From the NCBI GenBank assembly GCA_964106645.2, contig OZ067041.1: 64,000 nucleotides of DNA. The stretch is one strand, 5' to 3'. A program made the position numbers and the translations under genes. This DNA comes from Podarcis pityusensis. Its lineage: Eukaryota. The notes below the pieces were generated by a model. The model was not told where the DNA came from. It worked only from the letters and a program-made list of their open reading frames with translations, and made no database searches. This document shows, piece after piece, positions 52,159-64,000 of this stretch (positions are counted from its first letter, which is position 1; the number at the start of each line of letters is the position of its first letter).

Positions 52159-52190
<32 letters not shown>

Positions 52191-52211
52191 CATGTCATGT
52201 CATGTCATGTG
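52159..52211. repeat. (GT)n followed by (CATGT)4
   Basis: Direct observation. Confidence 0.9.
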
Positions 52212-54068
52212 ATCAATTATGTGGGATGGGGCTAAACTGCCCCCCAGTATTTTATTCAAGTTGGCACCCCTGTATGAACATCATGAAACTGCACAGAAAA
52301 TTTCACATTCCGATTCCTATGCAGTGCATGAACACACATTCTAAGTTTCTTAACAAAGTTTTCCCTGATCACTGCAAATGTAGGGCAAGACACAGAGTTA
52401 CCAGGAAGTTACTGAGCTGTTATCCTGTTTCATATGCAACTAGACAAAGTGGCTGTATCTTGCAGGTCGCAGAGGGCTGGAAATGCAGGATTTCTTCCAT
52501 GATACTTGAATGAATTTCCTACTTCCTTCTCCTTCCTTCTCACCTTGGGAAAGGAGACATCTATTTTGGATCGCTCTCCATCCAAGATGCAAGAGCAAGG
52601 TTGTTGCATCTCCTCCTTATTTATTTAGAAATAGGACCTTTCTTATCAAGCATGTGTTCCCTGCAATAAAAGAAGCTTTCTTGTTTTCCTAAATTTAGAG
52701 TTTCATTGTAATCCAGGGTAAAGTGTGCTCCTTCCACAGTGATCCAGTGTTAGATTCAACTTTTGCTGATGCATGTAAACTACAAATGTCATCAGCCTGG
52801 GGGAAAGGCATGTGTTGGGAAGAGTCCAGAGGACCAGAGAAAGAGAGAGGAATGGAAGGCTGCAGTTGACCCCCAAATCTCCATCCCTACCATAAAGGAT
52901 AACAATTGAGATTATCTGTAAGCACACTTAGGCTTATACGCTCATAAATTATAATGTCAATAAATCCAAAGACTAAACATGACTATCTGATACAGAAGCA
53001 TAGATTAACCACAGCCTTGGATTCCAGAAGAAATCAAACATTGCTGTCAAACATTGCTCTGACTCTCCAGCTAGTGGCTTTGTTTCTAGGTCACATCACT
53101 GCTACTCTGCTCCAAACTCTGCCTTCATCCTTTGAACTAAACATGAGCTGGGGAGAGTCCCCACCCATTTGCCATCTCACATAGAGCCCCTTTCCTTTGT
53201 TTCCCTTAATGGCCTATCACCCAGGCGATCACCTCAACACAGGAAGCAAACCTGGCTTATATTTTAACACTTGCTGAATGCAGGGGTTAGAAGGGTCTTG
53301 CATGCAGCCTAATGCCTCCCCCCTCAAAACTCATAACAGTATTATTTTGGAAGGAGAGTAGCTGTGTGAAGACAAAGGTGGTTTGTTTATGTTAACCCTT
53401 CCGGCCACTGGGTGCCACTATTAGTTTGCTAGCTTTCTTGAAGTCTTGCAACTTGACCATCACAGAATATGCAAAGAAGTGATTTGTATGAGCAGACCAA
53501 CACACGTTCACTCAAGTGTAAGTCTCTTTGCTTTTAGTGGGACTCCAAAATCAGAGTGTTCATAGAAATGCAGGTTTATTTATCTGACAATAATTTCCAT
53601 AGGGGTAGCACTGTTAATCTGTATCGCAGCAAAAAATAATGACCAAGACTCTTGTGGCCCCTTAAAAACTGAGACATTTGTTATTCTGTAAGCTTTTGTG
53701 GACTGAAGATTGGAGATAGGGCAGTGAGGTGGGAGAAAGGATCAGGCGGTGAAATGTTGGGAGTGGCCCTGCTTTGCCCTCCAACATCTATGTAAGATTC
53801 TGAGAGAACAAGTCATGAAGAAAATGTGGCAGAAATATAAGATGCTGTTCACAGAGAGGCCCATTGGATGTCACTGTTATCAGCAATATGTTAGCTTGGC
53901 CAACATCCTTGGTTTCTCCAGTTTGGGCTGCAAACCCAAAATCACTAAATTAGACACAGGAACAAGCCCGTGCAGAGGTGAGGATAGCTTACTCTTGTCC
54001 CTGACCTCAGAGGGCTAAGATGGCCAGGGGGTCCTGCCAGAGAGCAGCTGCTTTTTTGTTTGTGTTTA

Positions 54069-54290
54069 TAGTGGTACCTCAGGTTAAGTACTTAATTCGT
54101 TCCGGAGGTACTTAACCTGAAACGGTTCTTAACCTGAAGCACCACTTTAGCTAATGGGGCCTCCTGCTGCCGCCGCGCCGTTGGAGCACGATTTCTGTTC
54201 TCATCCTGAAGCAAAGTTCTTAACCTGAAGCACTATTTCTGGGTTAGCAGAGTCTGTAACTTGAAGCATATGTAACCTGAGGTACCACTG
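54069..54290 (-). mobile_element. Tc1/mariner MITE, copy 4 (internally shortened)
   Basis: Same family TIR with one C>T change, TA flanks, 222 bp. Confidence 0.9.
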
Positions 54291-55336
54291 TATAACTTTA
54301 TTCTAACAAGACTCCCATCCCGGGCCTCAGGCAAGCTCTGCACGGGCCTGCACTGCAGCATTCCCTGAACTGCAGGTCCTCTGCTATCATCATCCCTAAC
54401 CATTGGTCATGCTGTCTGGGACTGATGGGAATTGCAGTACACAACATGTGGAGGACACCACATTGGCTGCCCCTTGTTCATACTAATTGGCAGTAATGCT
54501 CCAGGGGCTGTAGCCCATGCTGGTCCTACTCAGAGCAGAGCAGACCCACTGAAGCCAATTAATGTGACTGACTTGAGTTCATTAATTTCATTGGTTCTAC
54601 TCTGATTTCAAGCAGGGATCCTTCCCAGTCCTACCTGCAGACATCAGCAACTGAACCTGGGACATTTTGCATGCAAAGCTCTAACTTCTATGGCCCTTCC
54701 CCAAGGGTTTTTAAGGATTCCTTATATATGTATCATCTTTGAATTCAAAGATGTTGGCATTGTTCTGCTGGAATATGATAATTTGGACAGTGAAATGAAA
54801 ACACAGGAAAAGACACAGAGATAGCATTTAAAAATGACCCCTGGATGTTCATTTGGAAGCACAAATCATACCATGAAAAACAGGAAAACCATGTATACAG
54901 AATTACACTGGAAGTGGTCTCCATGTGCCAGAACTTGGTCATTGTGAAGGAATATATAACTCTTGAGCCTTGGAATGCATTTCTAGGGATAAGGTTCTGC
55001 CTGCTTCCTGCTTTTTTTATAATATGCCAGAAAGAGAACCTAATAGCCATTTGTTTCTTTGACAGTATGGAGTGGAACACATTTGTAGGGATGGAATCCT
55101 GATGGAACTATGCATAAGTCTGACACTGTCTGCTATCATCCAGAACTGCAAATGGCGCTGTTGCTCTCTGCATGTATGCTGGTGAACACAGTATGTCTTT
55201 GGCTCACTATTATATGCCCCTTGTAGAATTCTGAAGCAAAGCGTCTGTCTCTGTTTACTGTCAGAAGAGCCATCTTTTCCATCTGATTTTTAATGGGACT
55301 AAATGCTGTATGTTGTCATGAACCTGGAGATGAACA

Positions 55337-55675
55337 CAGACCCTCCAAGTGTCCCCATTTTTCAGGGATGTCCCTGGTTTAGATAAGCCGTCCCGGTTTC
55401 TGATTTGATCCCAGAAGGTTCCACTTTTCCTTAGGCTGTCCCTGTTTTCATTGGAGAAATGTTGGAGGGTATCCAATGTTGGAAGCAGTCTGAAGGCAAT
55501 CCTGTGTAGGGAAGTTTTTTAAAAAATGTTTAATGTTTATTATGTTTTTACATATGTTGAGAGCTGCCCAGAGTGGCTAGGGCAACCGAGTAAGATGTGT
55601 GAGGTATAAGTAGCAAAATTATCATTATGGAATGAGACGTCCCTATTTTCATTGGAGAAATGTTTGAGGGTATGT
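55337..55675. mobile_element. hAT-like non-autonomous element(s) with duplicated end and an L2-like tail inside
   Basis: Starts cagaccctccaa; the end motif gtccctrttttcattggagaaatgttkgagggtat occurs twice (~55438-55472 and ~55639-55674). Confidence 0.6.
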
Positions 55676-58600
55676 GACCAGTGACCCAGACCCAGACCTG
55701 GAGACTGAGGTGCTGCTTAGTCCTGCTGTGCCCAGAGGGCTCGTCATCAGAACCAGACCAGGGCATGTGTGGACGGATGAGGACAATTGCTCATTTTAAA
55801 AGCATGCTAACAGGATGCTGCATAATTTACTGTGGAGATGCAACACACTGTTTATTGATATAAGTGTTTTGATAGATGGTATCTACCAGCAAGGTCTAAG
55901 AAATACCTGACAGGTGCCAACCCTCATCTAAGGTGCTAGACAGGTAAGGATAATAAAGAGCTTGCACGATGGGGTTGTTGGTAGCGCATCTTCTGCTAAA
56001 TTTGTACAACAGCACTGAAATGCACTTGGGCAAATGTAATAAAGAAATAAGGGCATTTTCAATATGTGAGACTTAAAATTGGTTTGCTTAAATCAGTCTC
56101 GGATGCAAATATAAAAGCTACCAAGGGTGGAATGTACCTTTTGGTTCCTCTTCTACGTTAACAACATTTAAAGACATTTGCACAAATAGTGTCGGGGACC
56201 AGGACCAGCCCTATCATTAGGTGGAATGATATGACTGCCTCCTGTGGCAGATTTCGAGCATCATTCCAGAGCAGGCAATTGTCACTTATTATATCCCATT
56301 AAATTGTTACATTTTTACTTGAAGGGGGAGGGGAGTCATTCGTAGTGTCTGCCTTAAATCTCAAAACTTATTGGGTCAGCACTGAGAGAAGCTATTATAT
56401 ACTGTTACTAATTGTATTTTTTATTGTGATTTTTTTAAAAAATTGTTATTTGTCTTCATTTATTTCAACATCCATTCCCCACCTTTCAACAAGAAGGCTC
56501 CCCAAAGAGTGGCTGTCACCTTGGGAGACCTTGTGGTTGAGAGATGGGAGAAACCAACATAGAAATAAACGTACCTTACAGTGAAAATGAGACTTAGCAC
56601 CCTGTGTGTGTGTGTGTTTTGCCAACATTGTCTAAGCTTCATCCTCCTAACTGCTTTGCTGGGCTTTTCATATTAGAGAGGAATTGCTTTGCAAGAAATC
56701 ACCATTTCATTAAGAAAACATACCTTGGGCTGATAATCCATTCTCAGAAGCTGGACAATCGTTTGGTCTCATTAGACCTCTTATAAGCTGAAGCCGTTAG
56801 CAATGTATTTCCAGATTACAGCGTTGTAGGCAAGAAAAATTGTACCAGATATCATTTAATACCCCTGGGGAGATGACAGGAAGGAATTAATCTTCCAGTG
56901 CTAATTCACCCAGTGCTGTTGGATCAAAAATGACCATCCACGGGGGGTCTTTTATGGTGGAGCTTGCCATACTCTTCCTAATGTGCACAGCCCTTTCTTC
57001 CCATTTGGGAAATGGAGGTTTAGGATAAAATCCTAAAGCAGGCAGGGAGGAACCAAAGGCAATTCATCCACTTTACCCAACACACTGCCAGGCTCTTCAG
57101 TAGGGCAGAAGTGAGAGTGGAGCTCTTGCATTCCTCCATCCTTTTCTGGTTGGTTGGTTTGTAATGTATTTCGTTTTCCTCCCGTTGGGTATAATAACAG
57201 TAAGAAATGTGAGAGGATGGCTCCCTGTCTGATCTGATCTGATCTTACCTTATCTTATCTTATTTATTCATTTATACCCCAGCTTTCTTCTAAGAAGCTC
57301 AAGGTGGCATGCACAGTTTTCCTCCTCCTCATTTTATCCTCACAATAATAACCCTGTGACGTAGGTTAGGCTGAGAGTGAGAGACTGGCCCAAGGTCACC
57401 CGACTGAGCTCTGTTGCTGAGCGGGGACTGGAATCCTGGTCCCCCAGATTCTAGTACACGCCACTGACTCCCCATCTCCTGAAAACTGTGCACAGCATGC
57501 ACAGTGAGATTTCCTCTTCATTCCCCTAGAACACAAAGCACTCTAAGGCAATAACAGACAACAGGGGTGGGTGTGGGGTGTGATACATAAGTAGCAGTCA
57601 AGTACAACATTCCTTGTTTTCCCAGAGTGGACATGCGGGGGAATGTTTGGTCCAGCCAGGAGGAAATAGAAAGTTTTTGACTGGCTGGTGCATGCTTCCT
57701 TTTGCATGTGACTAGAGGCGGGCATGACCTTACTTGTCCAGGTAACAAAAAGGACAAGGCATGCAGCACACTCTCTCTCTTTGACTTCCTCGTTTCTGGA
57801 GCAGCACCTCTTAGGTAGAATTGCTCTGTTGGCTCTCAGCCAACAGAAGACACTGGGAATATCTCCATATGGGATAGTTCCACATGTATATACTTTGTAA
57901 CTAAGTCTGCCTTCAGGGATCCAACTGTGAACTGATGATGTGAGTAAACTTCTTTTATATACTTTACACAAGATTGTGGCGTGTTTATTCTTTTAAGAGG
58001 GATATAATGGAACTTACCAGGAATCTAATATTGAGAGGCTGAAACAAGCCTGCAACCAGCTATCTGCTGTGCATTTAAAAGGGGAATGTAAACTCTGCTA
58101 AGTTATAGAACTTGCTAGCGCAAGTTAGGAAGGATATTAATAAACAATATATCCTCTCCTCCCTCCCTGAACATTCCCAGAGTGAGGATTTCCCTACTTC
58201 TGATAGATTTCTCCTCCTCTGAATTCTGCTAAAGCATTCCTGATGGGAACAGATATTCTCCCTGGCTTATAACAGGCACACACTTTGGCTTTGCAGTGCG
58301 CTCCATTGCACCAAAAGGTGAAGCTGCCTCTCCCTGCCCCGACCCCCTTAACATGTGTGAATAATCCCAGATCTACAGTCTTCACACTTCCTGCTCTCTC
58401 CCTCCTTTCAAATTATTCTGCTTTAGCACCTACTGAAGAATAGCATGTAGTTGCCAATGAACCTTGGGAACTATACATAAGTGAATGTTTTGTCTTTAAA
58501 GGGGAGAAGGAAAGGATGCGAAGGGACCCAAGGTTAAAACACAGAAACAAGTGTGGCATTTTATCTTCTATAGTCATTGGTTGACAACTAATGGAAAGGA

Positions 58601-58733
58601 AAAATAAAGCCAGGTATTATTGGCCTGGGACAGTATGGAAATACATTGCAACATTATCTCTTCTCATTACTAAATTAAACTAAATACAGTATCTAAGGAA
58701 ATCCATTAGTTTTTGAAATGTTAACAGTACAGT

Positions 58734-58898
58734 CAGTGGCGTAGCGTGGGGGGTGCAGGGGGGGCGGCCGCACCGGGCGCAACATCTGAGGGGCGCGCGC
58801 TCGCACTCGCAGCTCTCTGCCCCTACTAAAATCCACGGGTTAGGGGGCGCAAATTACTTGCCTTGCCCCAGGTGCTGACAACCCACGCTACGCCACTG
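58734..58898. mobile_element. Young hAT MITE
   Basis: Perfect 17-bp TIR cagtggcgtagcgtggg / cccacgctacgccactg; perfect 8-bp TSD agtacagt; CpG-rich. Confidence 0.95.
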
Positions 58899-60789
58899 AG
58901 TACAGTTATTCTGGCCTGTTGCCATCAAATTCTCAAAAAACAAAAGCCAGGACTCTGGCCAAGATCTATGGTTCTGGCAATCCCTGAATCCTACTCCCAA
59001 AATTATGCTGGTACTGAAAAATGGCAGCACTTTTCATGAATCTGTCACATGTGTACTGTGGACCAGTTTTTATTGTCTCCCCCATTGGTACTTTCCTCAA
59101 GAAGCATGTTGCTCTCTCATAGTATCTACATTCTCGCTTCAGTTCCTCTCAATTTCTCATTTCCCCGATCTTCAGGTCTCCACATTTCCACACCAGTCTG
59201 CAATTTTAAAAATAAAAGTCATCATGAAAATACATTGGCTTTTAGTGCAAATTTCTCCTTCTATGTACATTTCTGATGCAACTTTCCCTAATATAATGAA
59301 TTTTTGTATGTTATTTTTACTAATACGTGCATTTTAATGCATGCTATACCCTAGTATATGCTCTCCTTTTTTACATATTACTTGGCTTGAGATATGCATT
59401 CAAAATTCAGAAAAGTGTAATTTTTGAAGGAAGGCTTTGTTTCAATTCATATATTGTTAGGAATGTTCAGCTTTAATTGCAAACTGAATCAAATTTCTCC
59501 ATCAGCAATAGTCTTAATTAAGACTACAAGCTTTAGGCTGCAAATCTATTTGATCTGAACAGGACTTATTTCTGAGTAGGACTACAATGTTTAGGACTGC
59601 ATTGTGGCTGTCAGTTTATTTTGTTTTATCTGGTGGTGCAAATTTTAATAAGAATGTTAAGGGCACTCTTCTTTATTTTTTGAGGCTGCATTGAAGTGCT
59701 TTGTAATAGGGATTGGGAAAGAAAATATTAACTTTCTAACAATTAGCTTTTGTTTATGAGGCCGTTCATTATCTACAGTGCCGTCAATAATTCAAAATAG
59801 GTACTTATAATGAGGATTTAATAATATGCAAATATATTACAATTTAATTGATTGATCAGTTGCTTAAAAGGCAGATAGATGATTAATCAACTGAAATTAT
59901 TGAGCCCAGCTGACAGCCCTAATTTTAACCCATATGCACCGCACAACCTGACTTCTCTTTCTCATGAAATCACCTTTCTTCCTCCTCTGGCTTTCAATAT
60001 AAAATCTGAAGACAGCTTATAGCAGAAGATTGCAGATGGTCAAAGCCACATGGACAGAATGCAGGGGCAAATCAAAGCATGAGCAAAACACCACTTTCTT
60101 CAGAGAACAGCTACACCAAAATAAACATATAGAAACTTTCTCATGAGCAGCTGAACATGTGTAAGAAACTTGTACACAGGTATGAACACCCCCAATGTCA
60201 CCTAAAACAACTAGCACTGTTTGGAATCGTGGGGACTAGAGTCTTACTTCCTCTTTAGGGGAAAGGCCGTGGCCTGCTTTGCACACAGAATCTCCTAGGT
60301 TCCATCTATGGTGGCCTCCCCAGGTGGGATTGGGAGTTACCAGCTAAAACCCTGGAGAGTGCTGTTCCTGGGCCCCTCTTTTTTGCATATACTTAGGTTT
60401 TGATCTAGCTGTTGATTTTTGCAGTGAAATCGCGCTGCCGGGGACGGTGTGCTCCCCCCGCACTCTTCTTCCTCCGCCAGCGTGTGCAAGATGGCTTTGG
60501 AGGGAAAGGTTTCAGTTTCTCCAAGGTGGGAATACAGACTGTCCCACTTACATACATTGTAATACTGGAATATTTATAGATATTTGTTTATATACCACAT
60601 GCCCCCTGCATGAAATCCTGGAGAGCTGCTGAAAGCCAGTGTAAACACTACTGAGCTAGATGGAGCCAATGGCTTGACTCTGTAGAAGGCAGCTTCCTGT
60701 GCTGCTCCTATGCACTTTTCACTCCACAGACACACACTCCCTGCTCACAGCAAGCTCCCTGTACTTGGTGCCAGCAACTTGATTCTAAA

Positions 60790-61087
60790 AATCTGTCACA
60801 TGGAAGATGGAACAGACTTGGTTTGAGTCCTACTCTGGCAGGTAGGACTCAAACCAATGGATTCAAGTTACAAAATAAGAGATTTCGACAAAATATCAGG
60901 AAGAACTTTCTTTGACAATGGAACAGACTCCCTCGGAAAGTGGTGGACTATTCTTCATTTGAGTTTTTAAAGCAGAGGTTGGATGGCCATCTGCCATGGA
61001 TGCTTAGTTGAGATTCCTGCATTGCAGGGGCATGGACTAGATGACTCTTGGTGTCCCTTCAAATTCTACGATTCTATGATTCTATGA
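60790..61087 (+). mobile_element. CR1 LINE 3' fragment
   Basis: Typical CR1 3' end (tggaacagactccctcgg...ggactagatgac) with an (ATTCTATG)n tail. A shorter CR1 tail lies at ~41810-41870. Confidence 0.85.
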
Positions 61088-64000
61088 ACTAAAATACAGC
61101 CACAGTAAAATGACAGTACACAGCCACAATTAAAAGCAGGAGCAAAACTAAAGGAATTATTATTTTAACCATTCAAAGCTGGGGAAAATAAAATCACGTC
61201 TGAAAGCCATTCAAATTCAACGCAAGGGTAGCAAGATACAGGGGAGGGAATTCCACAACTGAGGTCTCAATGCTGAAAAAGCCCAGTCCCTCAAGGTGGT
61301 TATGCTGGTGTGGCCCAAAAGCCAAATAACATGATCTTAAATTGTTTAGGACTTTAAAAAACAGTCTGGTAGGCTGTAAGGTTCTTTAAGAACATGATTA
61401 ATGGTCTCCCTTTGGACACATGCAATTTGGGGCCAAGAAAACTGAATGTGGATTTTTGCCCATGATGCATACATAATTAAAAATAAATTAATGGAGATTG
61501 ACTCTATTGAAATCTCTTGAGCATCTTGGGTGTCCTTAACCACACAAAATTACTGCCACTGTTTCCCCAGGACATTTGAAAGCTTTTGTAGGCTCTTAGT
61601 TCATCCTCAGCTTTCTAAAGCTGGTCTCCTCCTGTCTCTCTGAAGAGGCCACTGACGGTCTCATTGAAGCTGGTTCTGAGGATTCTAGTTTTTTTCTCTG
61701 AACATTCTAGACTTTGATGTTGGATGAAACCATGAATAAACTCTTTTGTCTTCTGTGTTCCAACCACAGGAAGTTACAGTTAAAAGTCATTATATCAAGA
61801 AATGCTCTTTTATATCGATACTTCAGGCTTTGATACACTTTATTTTGGGGTTGCAGTCAGGGGTATTGAATTATTAAATCAAAGATTGATTATGCTTCTG
61901 TGGAGTATGTCAGTATAATCCACTCTTAATCTGACCAGTATGTTTTCTTTTCTTCAGTATTTCAGCTTCCTGCAACCTCTCTGATACTTTTCCCCCAGCA
62001 CCTTGCCAGAGTTCTTGGTTTTTTCAGTGATGGTCTAAACATCCACTTTGTTTCATTTCCTGCCATTCCTTGAGTAATGGGGAAATCAGGGTTACCTTTG
62101 CAAGATCAATATTTTGGAAGGAGAACACTGGGCGTTTATGGTGTCTTTGTTTTTGAAAACATGTTTCTTTATACATTTATAGGGACAAGGAGTAGGAAGG
62201 GTGCAGCTGGGAACTAAAGCAAAACCAGCAACCTAAAATTCCCTTGCCAACTGACTCTGTGTACACAAAGGCCAAACTGGTCCTCAATCTCCTTTTTAGC
62301 AGAGAAATAATATCTGCCAGGTTAAGAGATGAGATGAGAATCTAGATGCACTGGACCTTGGGCTTTCCCACCTGAGCCAGGACCTCCCTGGTATAAGTCC
62401 TGAACCTGGGCTGAGCCACCTGCTGGTATAAGTTCCTCACTGTAGCTCAGACAGCAGAATTTAAGCCAGCGGAATTTATACTGGCAGAACTCCTGCAAAA
62501 GGGGTGTTCCAGGGGCGTGGCTGGGGCAGGGCAAGGAGAGGTCTACATCTGTTTCAAACCCTTTTGAACTCAGTCACATGACCTCTCAACCTAGTCAAAC
62601 GTAGCTGGCAAAAAAGGGTGGTGTAAGCCAAATTACTCCTGACTGGGATTTGGAATAGGGTTAATTTGAAATGGCATAAATTACACTGGCTTTCTATAGT
62701 TAAGATTGCTAGGACTGATGATGTTATCCACAGTCCACAGGTATCATGTCATTTTTTTCTGATGCAGTTTTCCCCAAGCCAGCTGCACTCTGACTTGAGA
62801 ACCATAGGCTTACTCAATGCTTCATGGATCTCTGTTGGGCATAACTGAAACATCTGTCTTGCTGGGGGTGGTCCCACATGTCTGCAGAGAGGGATCACAG
62901 AGGGACATCCCACTTCCCACCTGCTGCCTTGTCTTAATCCTGTTCTCAGAATTAAGGCTGCAATCCTAACTGTGTTTAATGAGAAGTAAGTCCCATTGAT
63001 TTTGATGGAACATTTCCTGGTAAATGGGTTAGGAATGTAATCTTTACTCCCAAATAAATTTGCCTTAAAGCAAGAAGGGGGTGATCTCTGCCCACCCAGA
63101 GCATCTGCAAACAGGAAGGGGAAAATCTGTCTCCTCTCACTCACTTTGATTTTCAAAAGTGCCAATACTGGGAGAACTCTCTATAGTCAGGAGCCATGGA
63201 GGGTAAAGAGAGCAGAGAGTGCTGCAAAAAGGCAGAGAATCAAGCAGCACAAAGACAGTCTGAACAATTCAAGCCTAGAATGCACAAGCAGCCCCTTCCC
63301 TCCCCCTTCCTCCCCCTTGCCAACAACACCCCGTCCATCTCTGCACAAGAGAGCATCAATTGTGCCACTCGCTATAATAAATGATTGCTGGCTTTTTTAA
63401 AAAAAGGTGACATGAGGGGAAGCTCTGTGTGTGAGAGAGGGAAGGAAGAGGGAGGGGCTATAAATGCTAGGGAATTTAAACATTGAATCTGTGATGTGTC
63501 CATTTAGATGTTTCCTCTCTTACTTAAGAGTAAATCCCATTGTATCTGGCAATGTATAGGACCATGGCTGCAGATGATTTCCAGGGGGATGAAAGCTTCA
63601 CCAATAGGAATTGGGAGTGGAAGGAGGGGTAGCGAAATCAACCAAGCAATTTGCATCTGGTGAAGACACGATGCCCCCCTCATTTGGAGGTACAGCAGGG
63701 CCTGGTGTAGAAGCACATCAAAGCATAGTGGTGTGTACAACACTGCACAAATTATAATTTAAATGTGTTTTAAGCCAGCAATGTGTACCCAGCCTAAGAC
63801 TAGTTGATTCCATGCAATATGCCTTCGAGATTAGGCAACTCACAAATGTCATTCTGTCCTCAGCCACTTCAATTTCTACATGATAATAGAAGAATTCCAT
63901 CCCATTGTCTTCTGCCTTCCCCAGAATAAAACCCAAATGGACAGGATCCTTCAGTTTGCAGGATCAACTTCCATGATGAATACCAGACAAGACTGCTGCT

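Noticed and set aside
53401-53420. Second CTCF-like motif
   Set aside because: Two mismatches at core positions.
15100-64000. The many 60-180 aa ORFs in the ORF track
   Set aside because: Apart from the BovB RT pieces they show no recognisable domains. Many overlap repeats or microsatellites or start at non-ATG codons, and no consistent exon chain could be built.

Overview
Vertebrate genomic DNA, most likely a lacertid lizard, inferred from Sauria-type SINEs, BovB/RTE LINEs and lizard-type Tc1/mariner and hAT MITEs. Bases ~1.4-14.3 kb hold a complete 9-exon ATP6AP2 ((pro)renin receptor / V-ATPase accessory protein) gene on the minus strand, encoding 351 aa with all introns GT-AG. Its CpG-island promoter lies at ~14.0-15.0 kb. 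The last intron carries a young, 5'-truncated RTE-X-like LINE with an uninterrupted ~628-codon RT frame, in the gene's sense orientation, whose AATAAA lies ~110 nt before the transmembrane-coding exon. An older copy of the same LINE family lies at 1-390. The remaining ~49 kb has no supportable protein-coding gene; it is a repeat-strewn gene desert (in human the BCOR-facing side) with several enhancer-like blocks. The most unusual structures are a 57-bp near-perfect hairpin (27113-27246), a Sauria SINE with a twin-priming-type inversion (35288-35629), a 61-bp inverted repeat pair ~1.1 kb apart (47400-48621) and a decayed Penelope-type hammerhead ribozyme core (~46990-47025). I found no evidence of a new multi-gene system. 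Repeat family names come from recognition, not database searches.
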